Positions 1 to 11,564 of a stretch of DNA of 39,750 nt are shown in pieces. Each line of letters begins with the position of its first letter. The stretch's first letter is position 1. The stretch is taken from positions 6,382 to 46,131 of the forward strand of contig JAAOMT010000626.1 of assembly GCA_016748015.1 (NCBI GenBank), read 5' to 3'. This stretch comes from Geosiphon pyriformis uo1 (lineage: Eukaryota > Fungi > Glomeromycota). The notes below the pieces were generated by a model, which saw nothing but the letters and a program-made list of their open reading frames with translations, did no database searches and was not told the DNA's origin. A program made the translations under genes and the position numbers.

Positions 1-3000
1 CATTCCGCTTAAAATGATATTTGTCCAAAAACTACGAGATTTTAAATATCTTTGTTTTTTTTTAACTTAGAATATAGAAAAATCGAAAACTTTGTATTTT
101 GCAAATAAAAGGTTGTTAAATATATTTCTTGTTTCATATTTATAAAAAGGCAAAAAAACTTAATTTTTACCGATTTCAAGTTTCTAAAATAAAAATTTTT
201 TCAATTACATTATAAATTTTTCAAAGAGCGAAAACTAAAATAATATGTTAATTACACTTTTAATTATTATTAATATAATTTTTATCAGAATACTTGAAAC
301 TTTTGCTTCTTCTGCAAAATATTATTAAATTCACGAATCTGAATTGACCAGCAGTGTAATCAATTGTTGCAATTCAAGACTGAATTTTATATTTTACACA
401 TTAAAATTCATTCAGTTTTTCTTGAAATTCTTTTGGTGCAGATTTTCATATTTCATAAATTCATCTAATATTATTAATGATAATAGCACCATTTGGTTTT
501 AAAAATTATTATTGAAATGTTCAATTTATTAGATTGTAATTTTTTAGTATAAATGTAATTATTTAAAAATAATCCAATATAGAAAATAAGAAAAAAGATA
601 TAATAAATTAAATTTCAAATTTTTTTAAATTATTTTTAAGAAATTTAAATTTCATTGTCTATTCATAAATTTTTTCAAATCACTACTAAATCAGTCAGAT
701 AACAATTGATATTTAAATAAAAACCAGGCATGATATAAACAAAAAACCATAATTTATTTTCACTTCAATAGAATTAATGTATTATGTAAAAATCTCACGC
801 GGGAAAACTATAAATGAAATATTTTTTTAAAAAATTAATATATCCTTTATGCAAATGTGAGTGTGAATAGAATTTGTAAAAAACTAATGATTTTCTTGTA
901 ATTACATTAATAAAAAATGTTTAAAGCAACAAATAAATTAGAAATCAATAAATTAATTAGGTATTTAAAAACTTATTGTTAACATGACATTTTTAGAATT
1001 TTATTCTGGAATGAAGTTTGAAATTTTATTATTGTTTTTATAAAGATTATTAAATTTAAAATAATAATAGGCTTAAGAATAAACCATTTTTAATGATAAC
1101 CTTTTGAATATTATTTTTGAGTTGTGAGAAATTACTTTATAATAAACTAATAAATTAATGAAAAAATATTTTAACATCTTGTATTGAATATGATAACATT
1201 ATAATTATAAAATTTAAAATCAAAAATATAATAAAGATTATAGTCTAAAATGAATATCACTTCAGAATTAGATATATTAAGAGTCATCTAAATATAATTG
1301 ATAGTAAAAGAAATAAGAGTTAAACAAGATTATAAGTTTTATTAATGATTAATGATAGGTATAATTTCTTACCCTCAGGCAAAATACACTAATTTTTTTA
1401 AGAAATAAATCGAAGCAAATTTTTAATTAATCAAAATAAAATATATTAACTAATCTCGAGAGAAATCAATTATTTGCAAAGTTAAAGTCAAAGATTGAAA
1501 GCTATACTATCAATTAATGAAATTGGCTAAATTTATTATTCTTATAAATAAATAAAATTATAATGTCATTTGTTTTTAAAATTATAATTTAATTTATGTA
1601 AAAATGATAATTTTAAAACAAATTAATTTTTATTGAAATTTTTATTTTTTCTTAGAAAGTGTAATGCGGCTACTATTTAAATATATCCAACATATACATT
1701 TTTCATATTAAACGCAGCTCATGCTTTTGTTTCACGTGGAAAGCAACTATTGAATATCAATATATTTTAGCCGAAATTAAGATTAAAAATTTGTTATAAA
1801 CTTAGTATTTATTTAGAGCAATTTAATCAAAAATTACATTGTCATTATAACATAAAAGAAAAATTTTAAAATTTTAACACTATATTTTATTGAGGTCAAA
1901 TATTTATTAGATTAAATTTAAATTTTTCAGCGATTTTTATGAAAATAAGTCAAAAACTCTTAATATTGATATTAATGTTAAAAATATTATACTTTTTTAA
2001 CAGCATTCAAAATTTCAAGTTGAACCACTGAAAAAAACTACTTTATTATTAATAAATACATATATATTATCTGAAATTCATCAATTTAATTTTTATATTT
2101 AAGAATTGAATAAATTTATTAAAATTAAAATAAAAGTTTTTGATAGTTTAATATTTTATAAAATTATAATTTTAGTTTTTTAACTTTAGTCAAATATGGT
2201 TTTCAAATAAAAATTCAATTTCTTAATTTTAATATTGATAAAAGCAATTATCATCATTAATTATCTTCGTCGCGAATCTTTTTATGGCATTTTTACAAGA
2301 GAGCTGACAGAGGAAGAAAGTGCTTCAAAACAACCAAAGGTTTTAGATCTATTTTACTTGAGAATAATGCTTTTGTAATAATTTGTTTAGCTACTTTTAC
2401 TACCAAAAAGACTTTTTTAGTTGCTGATTTCTTAGTTTTAAAAATAAAAAAAGGTGTTGATTTCTTTTTCTCTTTTGGTTGTGAATATAAATCTACAAGA
2501 CAAAAAAGCATAAAGGGTTTTTTTCTCCGAATTTAATTGTTTTAATTAAAAATTACCTATTAAAAAACAATAATCCTCAAAAATAAATCAAATTGTTAAA
2601 ATATTTATTAAAAATTATTAAACATAATAATTTTAAAATAAAAATTGTTGAGAATATGTAATTTGTATCTTATCAACAATTATTAATTTTTTAAATCAAT
2701 TTATATCAAGTATTTCTTATTTTTAGCAAATTTTAAAACCTAATAAACTATAGAATCAATTTTTTTTAAACAATTAGTTTTATGTTATAATTTCTTGCTC
2801 TATCAAAAAAAAAATTATCAAATCAAAACAAATTTAAAGCGTTTTTTTTGCTGTTAAGCAGCAAAATATATATTGTTGATAAATAAACATTAAAATAATT
2901 TTATCAAAGCATATCATTTATTTTGCTTAAATTAACATCTATTATTACATTAAACACATTAGTTATTTACAAAAGTTTTTAATCTAATTATTTTTAACTT

Positions 3001-3158
3001 TGATAATTTAAAAAATTTAATGTTTTTGATTTTGAAAATTTGTTCATAAACGTGTTTTTCAAAAAATTTTGCTTTTAAATTTAAAAACAATTCAAATGTC
3101 ACAATTGTAAATTATTTGTCAAAAAAATTTCTTATGTCTTTTATAGAGTGATCATTCC

Positions 3159-3632
3159 CTAATATAATCTTCTATCAAAACCCCAAGGACTCCAAGGACC
3201 CAAAGGATTTCTCTTCAAGTTTTTGTTGCCGTTGCTATTACCGTTAGACCAACCGAGATTGAAGTTACCATTGTTGTTTCCATTCAAGTTACCGTGATTA
3301 AAGTTACCATTACTGTTTCCGTTATCATTGCCAAGGTTACCATTCCCATTATTGTTTCCGTTACCACTGCCACGTTGTTCGATATCCCTCTTATCGTAAC
3401 CCAAAATATAAACAGGATCTCTCTTCAAATGTGTGATGCCATCGCCAACACCGTTAGACAAATAAGCATTGAATTTATCATTGTTTTTTCCCCCATTGAG
3501 GTTACCACCGTTACCGCTGCCATCGCTGTAGAGGTTACCAGTTCTGCGTTTTTTATGGGCCGAGACCGTCGCAATAAAGGCGAGAAGGGCAGAATAAAAT
3601 AAAACGGATATTATAAGAGCTTTCTTTGCCAT
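3159..3632 (-). CDS. Small secreted Gly/Asn-repeat protein, probable Kex2-processed precursor (157 aa)
   Basis: Intronless ATG-TAG ORF forming a GC-richer island in AT-rich DNA. Signal-peptide-like N-terminus (MAKKALIISVLFYSALLAFIATVSA), dibasic sites KKRR/LKR/DKR/LKR/DRR, 13-aa repeats NGNxNGNxNxGxx. TATAAAA on the minus strand at ~3733-3739. Confidence 0.85.
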   Translation of the reverse strand: MAKKALIISVLFYSALLAFIATVSAHKKRRTGNLYSDGSGNGGNLNGGKNNDKFNAYLSNGVGDGITHLKRDPVYILGYDKRDIEQRGSGNGNNNGNGNLGNDNGNSNGNFNHGNLNGNNNGNFNLGWSNGNSNGNKNLKRNPLGPWSPWGFDRRLY

Positions 3633-5572
3633 CTAAGGTACTCTTTATATGAATTTAAAAATTTATATTAAATTTCCAGGAAGGATTTTAAAGTTATTAA
3701 AGTGAAATCTTTGTTGAGAAGGCAATGATTCTTTTTATACCTTTCAAATTTCAGGTTCCCCAAGAAATTCAGGCATAACACTAATGCTTAAACAGAGTAT
3801 TAACTATTCATCCTCTTTTCAGAGTAGCAAAAATATTTCCATATTTGAGATGAACTTCGCTCTTAACGCAATATCGTTATTTGAAATGCCAGGCAACTTT
3901 AGTATATTCTTTATTATTTTGATCTAACTAAAAAATGTTCCAATCTAGCACGTTTTTACGCTAAAGACTACCATTGAAATTCTGGAGCAAAGCCTTTGAG
4001 GCTTTGAACCTCAATTTTTCATAGTAACAGAATGAAGCCACTATCTGTGGCTTTGAATCTAGACCATTTTGATTGCTCTAGTAAAATGACATATACCAAT
4101 TTGATTTTAAGGTACAGATTGATTGAATTACTTTTCTTATTTGAAATAGCAAAAAACATATTAAACTGACGATAATCTTAATCTTTCGTTTTTGAAGCTA
4201 CTGGCAATAATTTCACATCCTTTAATTGGGGTCTTATTATTTTGGTTTTTTGGTCTTTCGGGCAGGATCTCATTAAATAACTTTTTTTTATCTCTTAGAC
4301 CTTGAGCTATTAATTTACTTGCTAAGCAAGAATGCTGAGCTATATTGTTATTTTGATTACAGACCGCAATATACAATTAGTCATATTACTTTTACTAAAT
4401 AAAAACATAAATAAACAAGGATTACCTAATTTTTGAGGTTAGCGCAATTTTTCCTTTTTAGGATTTTATTGATTAGCTTTTTTCGCCTTTTTTGATTCAT
4501 GGATGAATTTGCGAAGTCAAGCTGTCTACATACTTTGCAAACTATTATATTTATTGTTATTATTATTTATCATATAGGCTTCTACAGATTATGATATCCA
4601 TGTATACGCTAAATCTATTAACTTTATCGATGTTAAGCAAACGATGAATGTTGGTGCTGTATCATTTTGTTTAGCGGTCAATTTAGTTCTCTATCTCCAA
4701 GCTTTCCTTACAATTAAAACACTCTTTCAATAAAAAAAATAAGGAGAATATTAGATATGAATTTTAAACTTTTTCCACCCAAAATAAAAAAAGTTCGTAA
4801 ATATAAAAATCTCCACAATTTTAAAAGCGAAATGAAATCTGCTTTAAAAATATTATTCGAAAAAAATGTTATTATATTGAATCAGAGACTAAATTAGATA
4901 CAATAATCTTTTGTTTTTTTAAGCATTTGCAAAGTTGAAACATAAATTTTATAAACTGCTTCTGAATAAATGCTCCTGGTTGTCGAACAATGTGTTGTCA
5001 AGTTTTAAAAGCCAAAAAAACTTATTTATTGTGTTAAAATTTTTAATTAGCTGTCTATGACATGCAAAAATTATATATTAAGATTTATACTTAAACTATT
5101 ATTGTAATTTAATACATTAATAAACAACAGCAATAAAAACATTTTTAGCAAATTAAACTTGTATTTAATCAAGTATTTTAATATTATATCTTATTTTCTT
5201 ACCAGTTTTTAACATTGTTCTTATTTAAACTCCTTTGTCATTTATGTTAAAATTAGTTATTAACTTAATTATTCAGTTAATTAATAACTTAATTAATAGT
5301 CTTAAATATTAACCAAATTATTGACTTAATTATTAACTTGTTTTATTTGTTTTTTTGATTAAAACTGTAAAAATATTTATTTTCATTAAAAAATCAATTT
5401 ACATTTTAATATTTCTATTAGATACTTTTTTTGGATCAAAATATTTAAAAATTAAAAATAAAAACTAATTTTTATAATTTGTATTTGTTAAATTATATTG
5501 AATTATAAAATAAACAATTATTAAAAAGAATTAATAACTGTTATTAAATTTTAAAAATGTTATATATATGAC

Positions 5573-5586
5573 ATGAAATTATAATA
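5573..5586. repeat. Target-site duplication of LINE-A (left copy, ATGAAATTATAATA)
   Basis: Identical 14-mer at 21609-21622. It abuts the short poly(T) (poly-A tail on minus) at 5587-5592. Confidence 0.85.
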
Positions 5587-5715
5587 TTTTTTATTAAAGA
5601 TTTTATGAGTACAGCCCAACCACTACCTAAGTACATAGAATACACAGAATCTAAATTAAGCATGACTCATGCTTTTTCTATACGTGACTGGCCACTCGGG
5701 CCAACCAAGGCAGCT

Positions 5716-8700
5716 CTATGCATCCAGAACTCTTGTTACAGGAAAACCACTCAAGAAACCAAAGTTCAATTTTGTAAAACATGGGTACAACCCAAAGCAT
5801 ATGTGAACACCCAACCTGAAACCGAAATCTCGGATTAACCCAGCAGACCACAAGAAAAACAGACCAGACACTGACAAAAAGGAGGAGCTGTTTTGTGGCA
5901 GAAGATTATACTTCTTATAATAGGATCTCAACTTAGCTGCTAGTATCCAAATGACTGATCTGTGACTTTCAGTAAAACAACAAATGAAATCAACAACCAA
6001 TGCACCCCCACCAAAACCAGCACCCAAATGGCTTATCATGTCAGCCACCCAGCTCTTTAACACAAAATCTTTAGCCAGCACAGTAAATAGGTCAATAAAA
6101 GACTCAGCCTCATGCAGCAAATTAGCAATTGTATTCCCATTGGTAGCAATTCCCAACACTGCAATTCACTCCGTAGAAGCATCTGACAACAAAGTTTCCT
6201 GAACATTGGCATCATGAACGCAGAAAAACACATAATCGGAGTCCTTCACCAACCCACACCGAATGCATGCAATACTTAGATATCTCGGATTATACAATCT
6301 TTTCCTTTTGGCCACTAGTAAGCAGTGGTGGAGTGCTTTTATAAGATATAACTGAAGTGTCGCTAATGCACTACTGGTGTAGCCAGATTTGATCTTGCCA
6401 TCAGGATGCCAAACACAAAAGGTATTGGCCTTATCAAAATGGTCATAGAGATCTATTCTAACGAAGCTACCAACACATTTGGCCTCCCAACCAACAGAAT
6501 GAACAGTGTTAAACAATTTTTTGGCAATGTGACAAGCATTTCTGGAGACAGGCCTGTCTTTAACTCTGAGAAAGTGATAAAGAACCACAAGGGGCAGAAA
6601 GAACTTAGAGACAACAGCGGCATCAGCATAGAAATCTGCACATTTGTTCTCAACAACACCAGAATGACCCTTGACTTTGTTCCAAGTAACTGACAAGTCT
6701 TTACTAGAGATGACATGGCAAATATGTTCCTTCTTGATCCAGCATTTGTCACAAAAATCAGGACTAAACACACTACTGCCAGATTCACACAAGTCCAGCA
6801 AGGCCTGGCTGTCAGTAAACAAAACAACAGACTGAGAAGTGGGCACACACTCTAAAGCTAGTGCAATAGCTTACAGTTCCACCAGAGTTAAGGATAACAA
6901 CCCATCCACTCTGACCCCAATGCTAACGTTTGCATCCAGAAAGTAAGCAGCAGCACCACCACGAGCATCCAACAAACCCAAACTTTTGATGGAACTGTCT
7001 GTATAGATGATCACAGAACTCAAATCAGAATTCAGCAGATGTTTATTAACATAACTGAAGTCACAAGGAGAGTCAGCGAGAGCTGAACAATAAGACAATG
7101 CCACATGATTCAACAAACCGCCTTCTTTAATAAATTCAACCAACAAGATAAACCAAACAGGAACCGGGCCTCTAAGGTCCAGCTTCTTCCATCTGCGAAA
7201 AGTATTCCAATCAAAACAAGCATCTTGACAGTCCAAAAGCTGATAAATGAACACTATGCCATACCTCCTAAGAGACTTTGCCATACACAAATAAGACTCC
7301 AAACCGAGCACATTTAAAATTGCAATATTATTCTTGCCCTAAAAAACATCAGGCAGATCACCACCCAATGAGAGGTTGCACAACTTGAGAACATGTGTTA
7401 CATTAGCCAAAAAACAATTTGTGGGATTAATCAGCAAATTGATTGGAACTCTTAGAGGGTGCCGGGGCATCCAGCTAGTGGCCTGCAACTCTATGGCTCT
7501 GTGCTCAAAAAGTTTACTGAGAATTCCACCAGCATTCGCAAACACAACCAAGCCAGCCAATATATTTTCAGCCAACACCTGTTCAAAAGTCCTTAAACTG
7601 TATAATTTCAAATGATACAAAGCCTTGTTTGGAAAATCTTTGGGTAGATTGGCCTTGAGCTTTAACTTCTTCCTCAACATTTTGTTCCACTTTTCACAAA
7701 CACTCTTAGAAATACAACTGAACTGAAGCCTGTAACCAATTATGGGTTGTAAAACAGCAAATACCAAATACAAAAATTGCTTCTCAGTAACAGTTTTTCT
7801 TAGCACAACATTTGAAAAGAACTTGATATCCAAATAGGCTTTGGCCAAACTAAGCTTAGATAAGCCATCTGTAGAAAAAAAAATCTCCAAGTATCAATAA
7901 GACACACCCTTCTTGGCAATAGAAATTCTAGAGCCACTGATTGACAAAGAAACTTCCCTGGCCCCTCAATTGATAGGAATGGCAACTGTTTTGTCTGTGT
8001 TGATAGCAATATCATTAATTGAAAAAAATTCATTCACAATGTCCAAAATACATTGTGTGACTGCCAGACAATTCCCAACCCAAATAGTGTCATTCACAAA
8101 GGCACCAGCTGCAAAAAAAGAGGTTCTGTCGCCTTTAGGGTCAGCTCTACCTGTCCTGGTAAAAAATTTAGAATTCAACCTATAGCTGTACAATTGTTTA
8201 TGTCTTTTGACCTCACAAAGCAGAGGGTTGTAAAAGATCCTTCACAACAATGGTGAAAAAACTTCCCCTTGATCCAACCCATCATGAACAGCATATCCAT
8301 CAGTTAGACCAAAGTCTGTCATTACCCAATTGGACCAATTATTGTGTATATTTCCAAAAAGTTCAATAAAATGAGGGCACATTTTAATCCTAGTTAGATT
8401 ATTTTGCAGATGGGGCCACCCAACTGAGTCATAAGCTTTCTGCATATCTTGAAGCACTAGCCAAAGCTCCCTGTCCTTCTCAAGTGCATCTTTAACAATA
8501 GAACCAATGGTAAAGATAGGAGTTTGAATAGATGTACCCTTTAAAACCGAAAAATTGTCCTCATGAAGGACATCAGAAACACTACAAGCCAGAGATATTC
8601 TGTCAGAAAGAATCTTAGACAATATCTTTCTGGCTGTCTCAATCAATGCTATTGGCCTGGTATTGGTAAGTATTCCTTCTCAATTATAGGACTTTGGTAT

Positions 8701-8918
8701 CATAGAAACCCAGGCTTGCCTCCACTGTAAAGGAACTGCCCCTAACTTTAAGCACACATTAAGAATGTCAAGCAGACCACTCAGAACCTGAGCATCTCCA
8801 TGCTTCCAAAGCTCATTAAGAATACCAGACATGCCAGCAGCTTTTCTATCAGACAGTTTTTTGACTACTAAGAGAAACTCATCCGATTTAATCACATTCA
8901 TGACCTTCGAGAATGCAT
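5716..8918 (-). pseudogene. LINE-A ORF2 3' part: reverse transcriptase, RNase H, C-terminal Cys/His finger
   Basis: Motifs QDMQKAYDSV, GLDQGEVFSPLL, AFVNDTIW (FVDD with D>N). RNase H motifs YTDSS..TLVEL..FTDSQ..KVKGHSG..AD. CIRC...C finger. Multiple in-frame stops. Confidence 0.93.
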
Positions 8919-9214
8919 TGTTACTGGAGGTTTTTGGTCTCCTTTCTGTAATGTTGTTGATACTTATTTGCTGTGAATTCACGTTTTCTGGATGTGGTTG
9001 AACCTCCAGTAACTGAATTTATCTTCAAATTATCTCCTATAATTTGAACTTGCTGGGCTTATGAGTGGAATGGCCAATTTTGTGCCAGTTGCTTTATGTA
9101 GTTACATTGTAGTAAACATCAACTCTTTCCCAGAAATTGCTCGTCTGGAAGCTCACTAAAAATGTGTAGTTACTTTGCTGTGAAAGTCAACTCTTTTACA
9201 AGAATCTTGTCTGT
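8919..9214 (-). repeat. Gypsy-A 3' LTR (visible part; remainder lies in the N gap)
   Basis: Aligns ungapped to 17220-17515 with 9 differences in 296 bp (manual count). Confidence 0.95.
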
Positions 9215-9569
9215 NNNNNNNNNNNNNNNNNNNNNNNNNNNNNNNNNNNNNNNNNNNNNNNNNNNNNNNNNNNNNNNNNNNNNNNNNNNNNNNNNNNNNN
9301 NNNNNNNNNNNNNNNNNNNNNNNNNNNNNNNNNNNNNNNNNNNNNNNNNNNNNNNNNNNNNNNNNNNNNNNNNNNNNNNNNNNNNNNNNNNNNNNNNNNN
9401 NNNNNNNNNNNNNNNNNNNNNNNNNNNNNNNNNNNNNNNNNNNNNNNNNNNNNNNNNNNNNNNNNNNNNNNNNNNNNNNNNNNNNNNNNNNNNNNNNNNN
9501 NNNNNNNNNNNNNNNNNNNNNNNNNNNNNNNNNNNNNNNNNNNNNNNNNNNNNNNNNNNNNNNNNNNNN
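9215..9569. other. Assembly gap (355 N), shorter than the ~680 bp of LTR that is missing
   Basis: The 5' LTR is 980 bp but only 296 bp of the 3' LTR is visible. Sequence beyond the gap is non-LTR internal DNA. Confidence 0.9.
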
Positions 9570-10011
9570 CTGTTGTCTTGAATTCGTTGTGGAGTTGTTT
9601 CTGAATAGCTTTTTTTGTGAGGTTTGCTGTTGTAAGTTCCAGTTTTCATTCGTAGAGTGTTTTTCCAATGTGAAAATATCTATAGATTGGAGAATATTCA
9701 GTGTTTTCTTCATTGAGACACAGTTGAAGTTTTTGTTGAATTGTAGCATTTGGTGGAATACTAATTGGAGTGAGCCTTAGGTTTTCTCTTAAAGCAAGCT
9801 TTAAAAGTTCTGGCAGATGAATTCCAGTATAACTTCTTGTGTTTTTTTTATATGGGTGATATTTTCGTGAGTTTGGGGCTAAATTTGTAACTACTTCTGT
9901 TTGGGTATAATTAATGTGGTTTCCAGTAACAGTAATAGATAATTCGGGTATTGTTTTTAAAGCTAATATTAGTTTTTGGGATAATTGTTGAATGTTTTGA
10001 GGAATAGTCAT
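9570..10011 (-). pseudogene. Extra sense ORF (ORF3) between integrase and 3' LTR, unknown function
   Basis: ATG at 10011 (MTIPQNIQQLSQK...). One TGA at 9646-9648, after which the frame stays open (KLELTTANLTKKAIQKQLHNEFKTT) into the gap. Confidence 0.65.
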
Positions 10012-10127
10012 TATAAGCAATTGAAAAAAATAAAAATTATTTTTGGTGTATGGGTTTTTATGTTATTTTTGTTTTTGTTTTTGTGAGATTGTTTCTAAAT
10101 TATAAAAAAATGACTAGTAAAATTAAA

Positions 10128-11513
10128 TTAAGTGTTCAGATTGGAAGGTTGTTCAATGACAACTATTGGTTCTAAATTTCGGGGAATATCTTCGGGACTG
10201 ACCAAAGGGGAATGTGTACCAATTTGTGGAATTAATGGTTCAGGATTGTTTCTGGAATGATAGTGTTTCAAACGATTTCTATGTGCAACTTTTGTTAGGA
10301 TTTTGTTATCAAGTCTTAGCTTGTATAATCCATTGCCTAGGACTTCATAGATAAAGAATGGTCCATCCCATTTATTTTCAAATTTTCCACTCCATTGTTT
10401 TTCAGCTTTAGTTCTGTATAAGAGAACTTTGTTTCCAATTTTGAATTTATTGATGACTAAAGGCAATTTGTCATCATGCCATTCTTTTTGTTTAGCTTGG
10501 GAGTGTTCAATATGGGTGGCTGCTATTTATCGTTTTCTTTCCAATGTACTAAGCAGAGTATAGGCTTTTTGCTGAAGCGTTTCTTGGAGATTGTTTCCAT
10601 TGATCAGTTGTGCTGAGTATGTTTCCACTGTAAAACTAATTGGTAACGTTGCCGTCCTTCCATAAGTTAAATTAAATAGTGTGTGTTTCGTGGTATCTTG
10701 TTTTAATGTTCTATATGCTAGTAACACTGATGGAATAAAGAGATCCCATTCTTGCTCAAAATTGGTTGAGACTTTGGCTAATGACTCACACAATGTTCTA
10801 TTAAAACGTTCCACAAGTCCATTTGTTTGTGGATGGTAGGGCGAAGACAGAGGTCTTTTGACATTAAATTGTTCACAAATTTTTTGTATCAGGTTGTTCA
10901 CAAAGTGTGTTCCCTGATCGGATAAAAGTTCAATTGGACATCCATGTCTACAAATGATGTCTTCGTAGATAAAATTTGCTACTGATTTTGCATCTGTTCG
11001 TTGAATGGCTCTGGCTTCAGGCCATTTAGTAAGATAGTCTACAGCTACTGCAATATAATGGTTTCCTTGAGTGGTGATAGATAGTGGTCCAACTAAATCG
11101 ATACCAACTCTGTCAAAAGGCTGTCCAACTTTGATTGGATTTAAAGGTTCTGTAGGGCAAGTTCCTCCTCTTCTTTGACAACTATCACAAGATTTGACAT
11201 ATTCATGAATGTCTTTTTTCATTTGAGGCCAAAAGTAGTATTCTAGTGTTCTTTGGGTGGTGCTATCTTTTCCGAAGTGTGCTGATAAAGGATCCGAGTG
11301 CATGTTGTATAAAATGGTCTCTTTTTCCTGTTCTTGTATTAATCTGAGTGGTTTGGTTGGGTTTTTGAAATTTCGATAATAAATAATGTTGTTGTGTAGA
11401 AAATATTGTTTGGCTTGTTGTTGTAACTGATGTTTTTTGTCTGGAGACCAATCTGTTGGGATTGTTAATGTCTCCAAATATTGTTTGAGATTGTTGTAGT
11501 TTTCGGGGTTCAT
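10128..11513 (-). pseudogene. Gypsy-A integrase (HHCC zinc finger, DDE core, GPF/Y module, no chromodomain)
   Basis: HSDPLSAH...CDSC; GIDLVGP, LSDQGTHF, YHPQTNGLVERFNRTL; WDGPF. One internal TAA at 10527-10529. Confidence 0.95.
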
Positions 11514-11564
11514 TGTTTGTTGTTTTGATGCTGTTAATTCAAATGGGTGTTGGTTTTGTTTCTA

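Noticed and set aside
2293-2511. 72-aa basic ORF
   Set aside because: No recognisable motif. It may be a decayed 5' relic of another LINE ORF1, but this cannot be supported without a search.
4035-4063. Hairpin followed by CTAG as a Helitron 3' end
   Set aside because: CTAG is followed by A rather than T, and no 5' TC end or Rep/Hel remnants were found.
8680-8982. Chimeric ORF fusing LTR sequence to LINE RT
   Set aside because: Junction artefact with a GTG start, and the downstream RT has stops. The same applies to 18181-18408.
9156-9749. ORFs spanning the N run
   Set aside because: Open only because of the assembly gap.
10128-10466. Chromodomain at the integrase C-terminus
   Set aside because: The ORF ends ~40 aa after the GPF/Y module with a Pro-rich tail, and no aromatic-cage motif is present.
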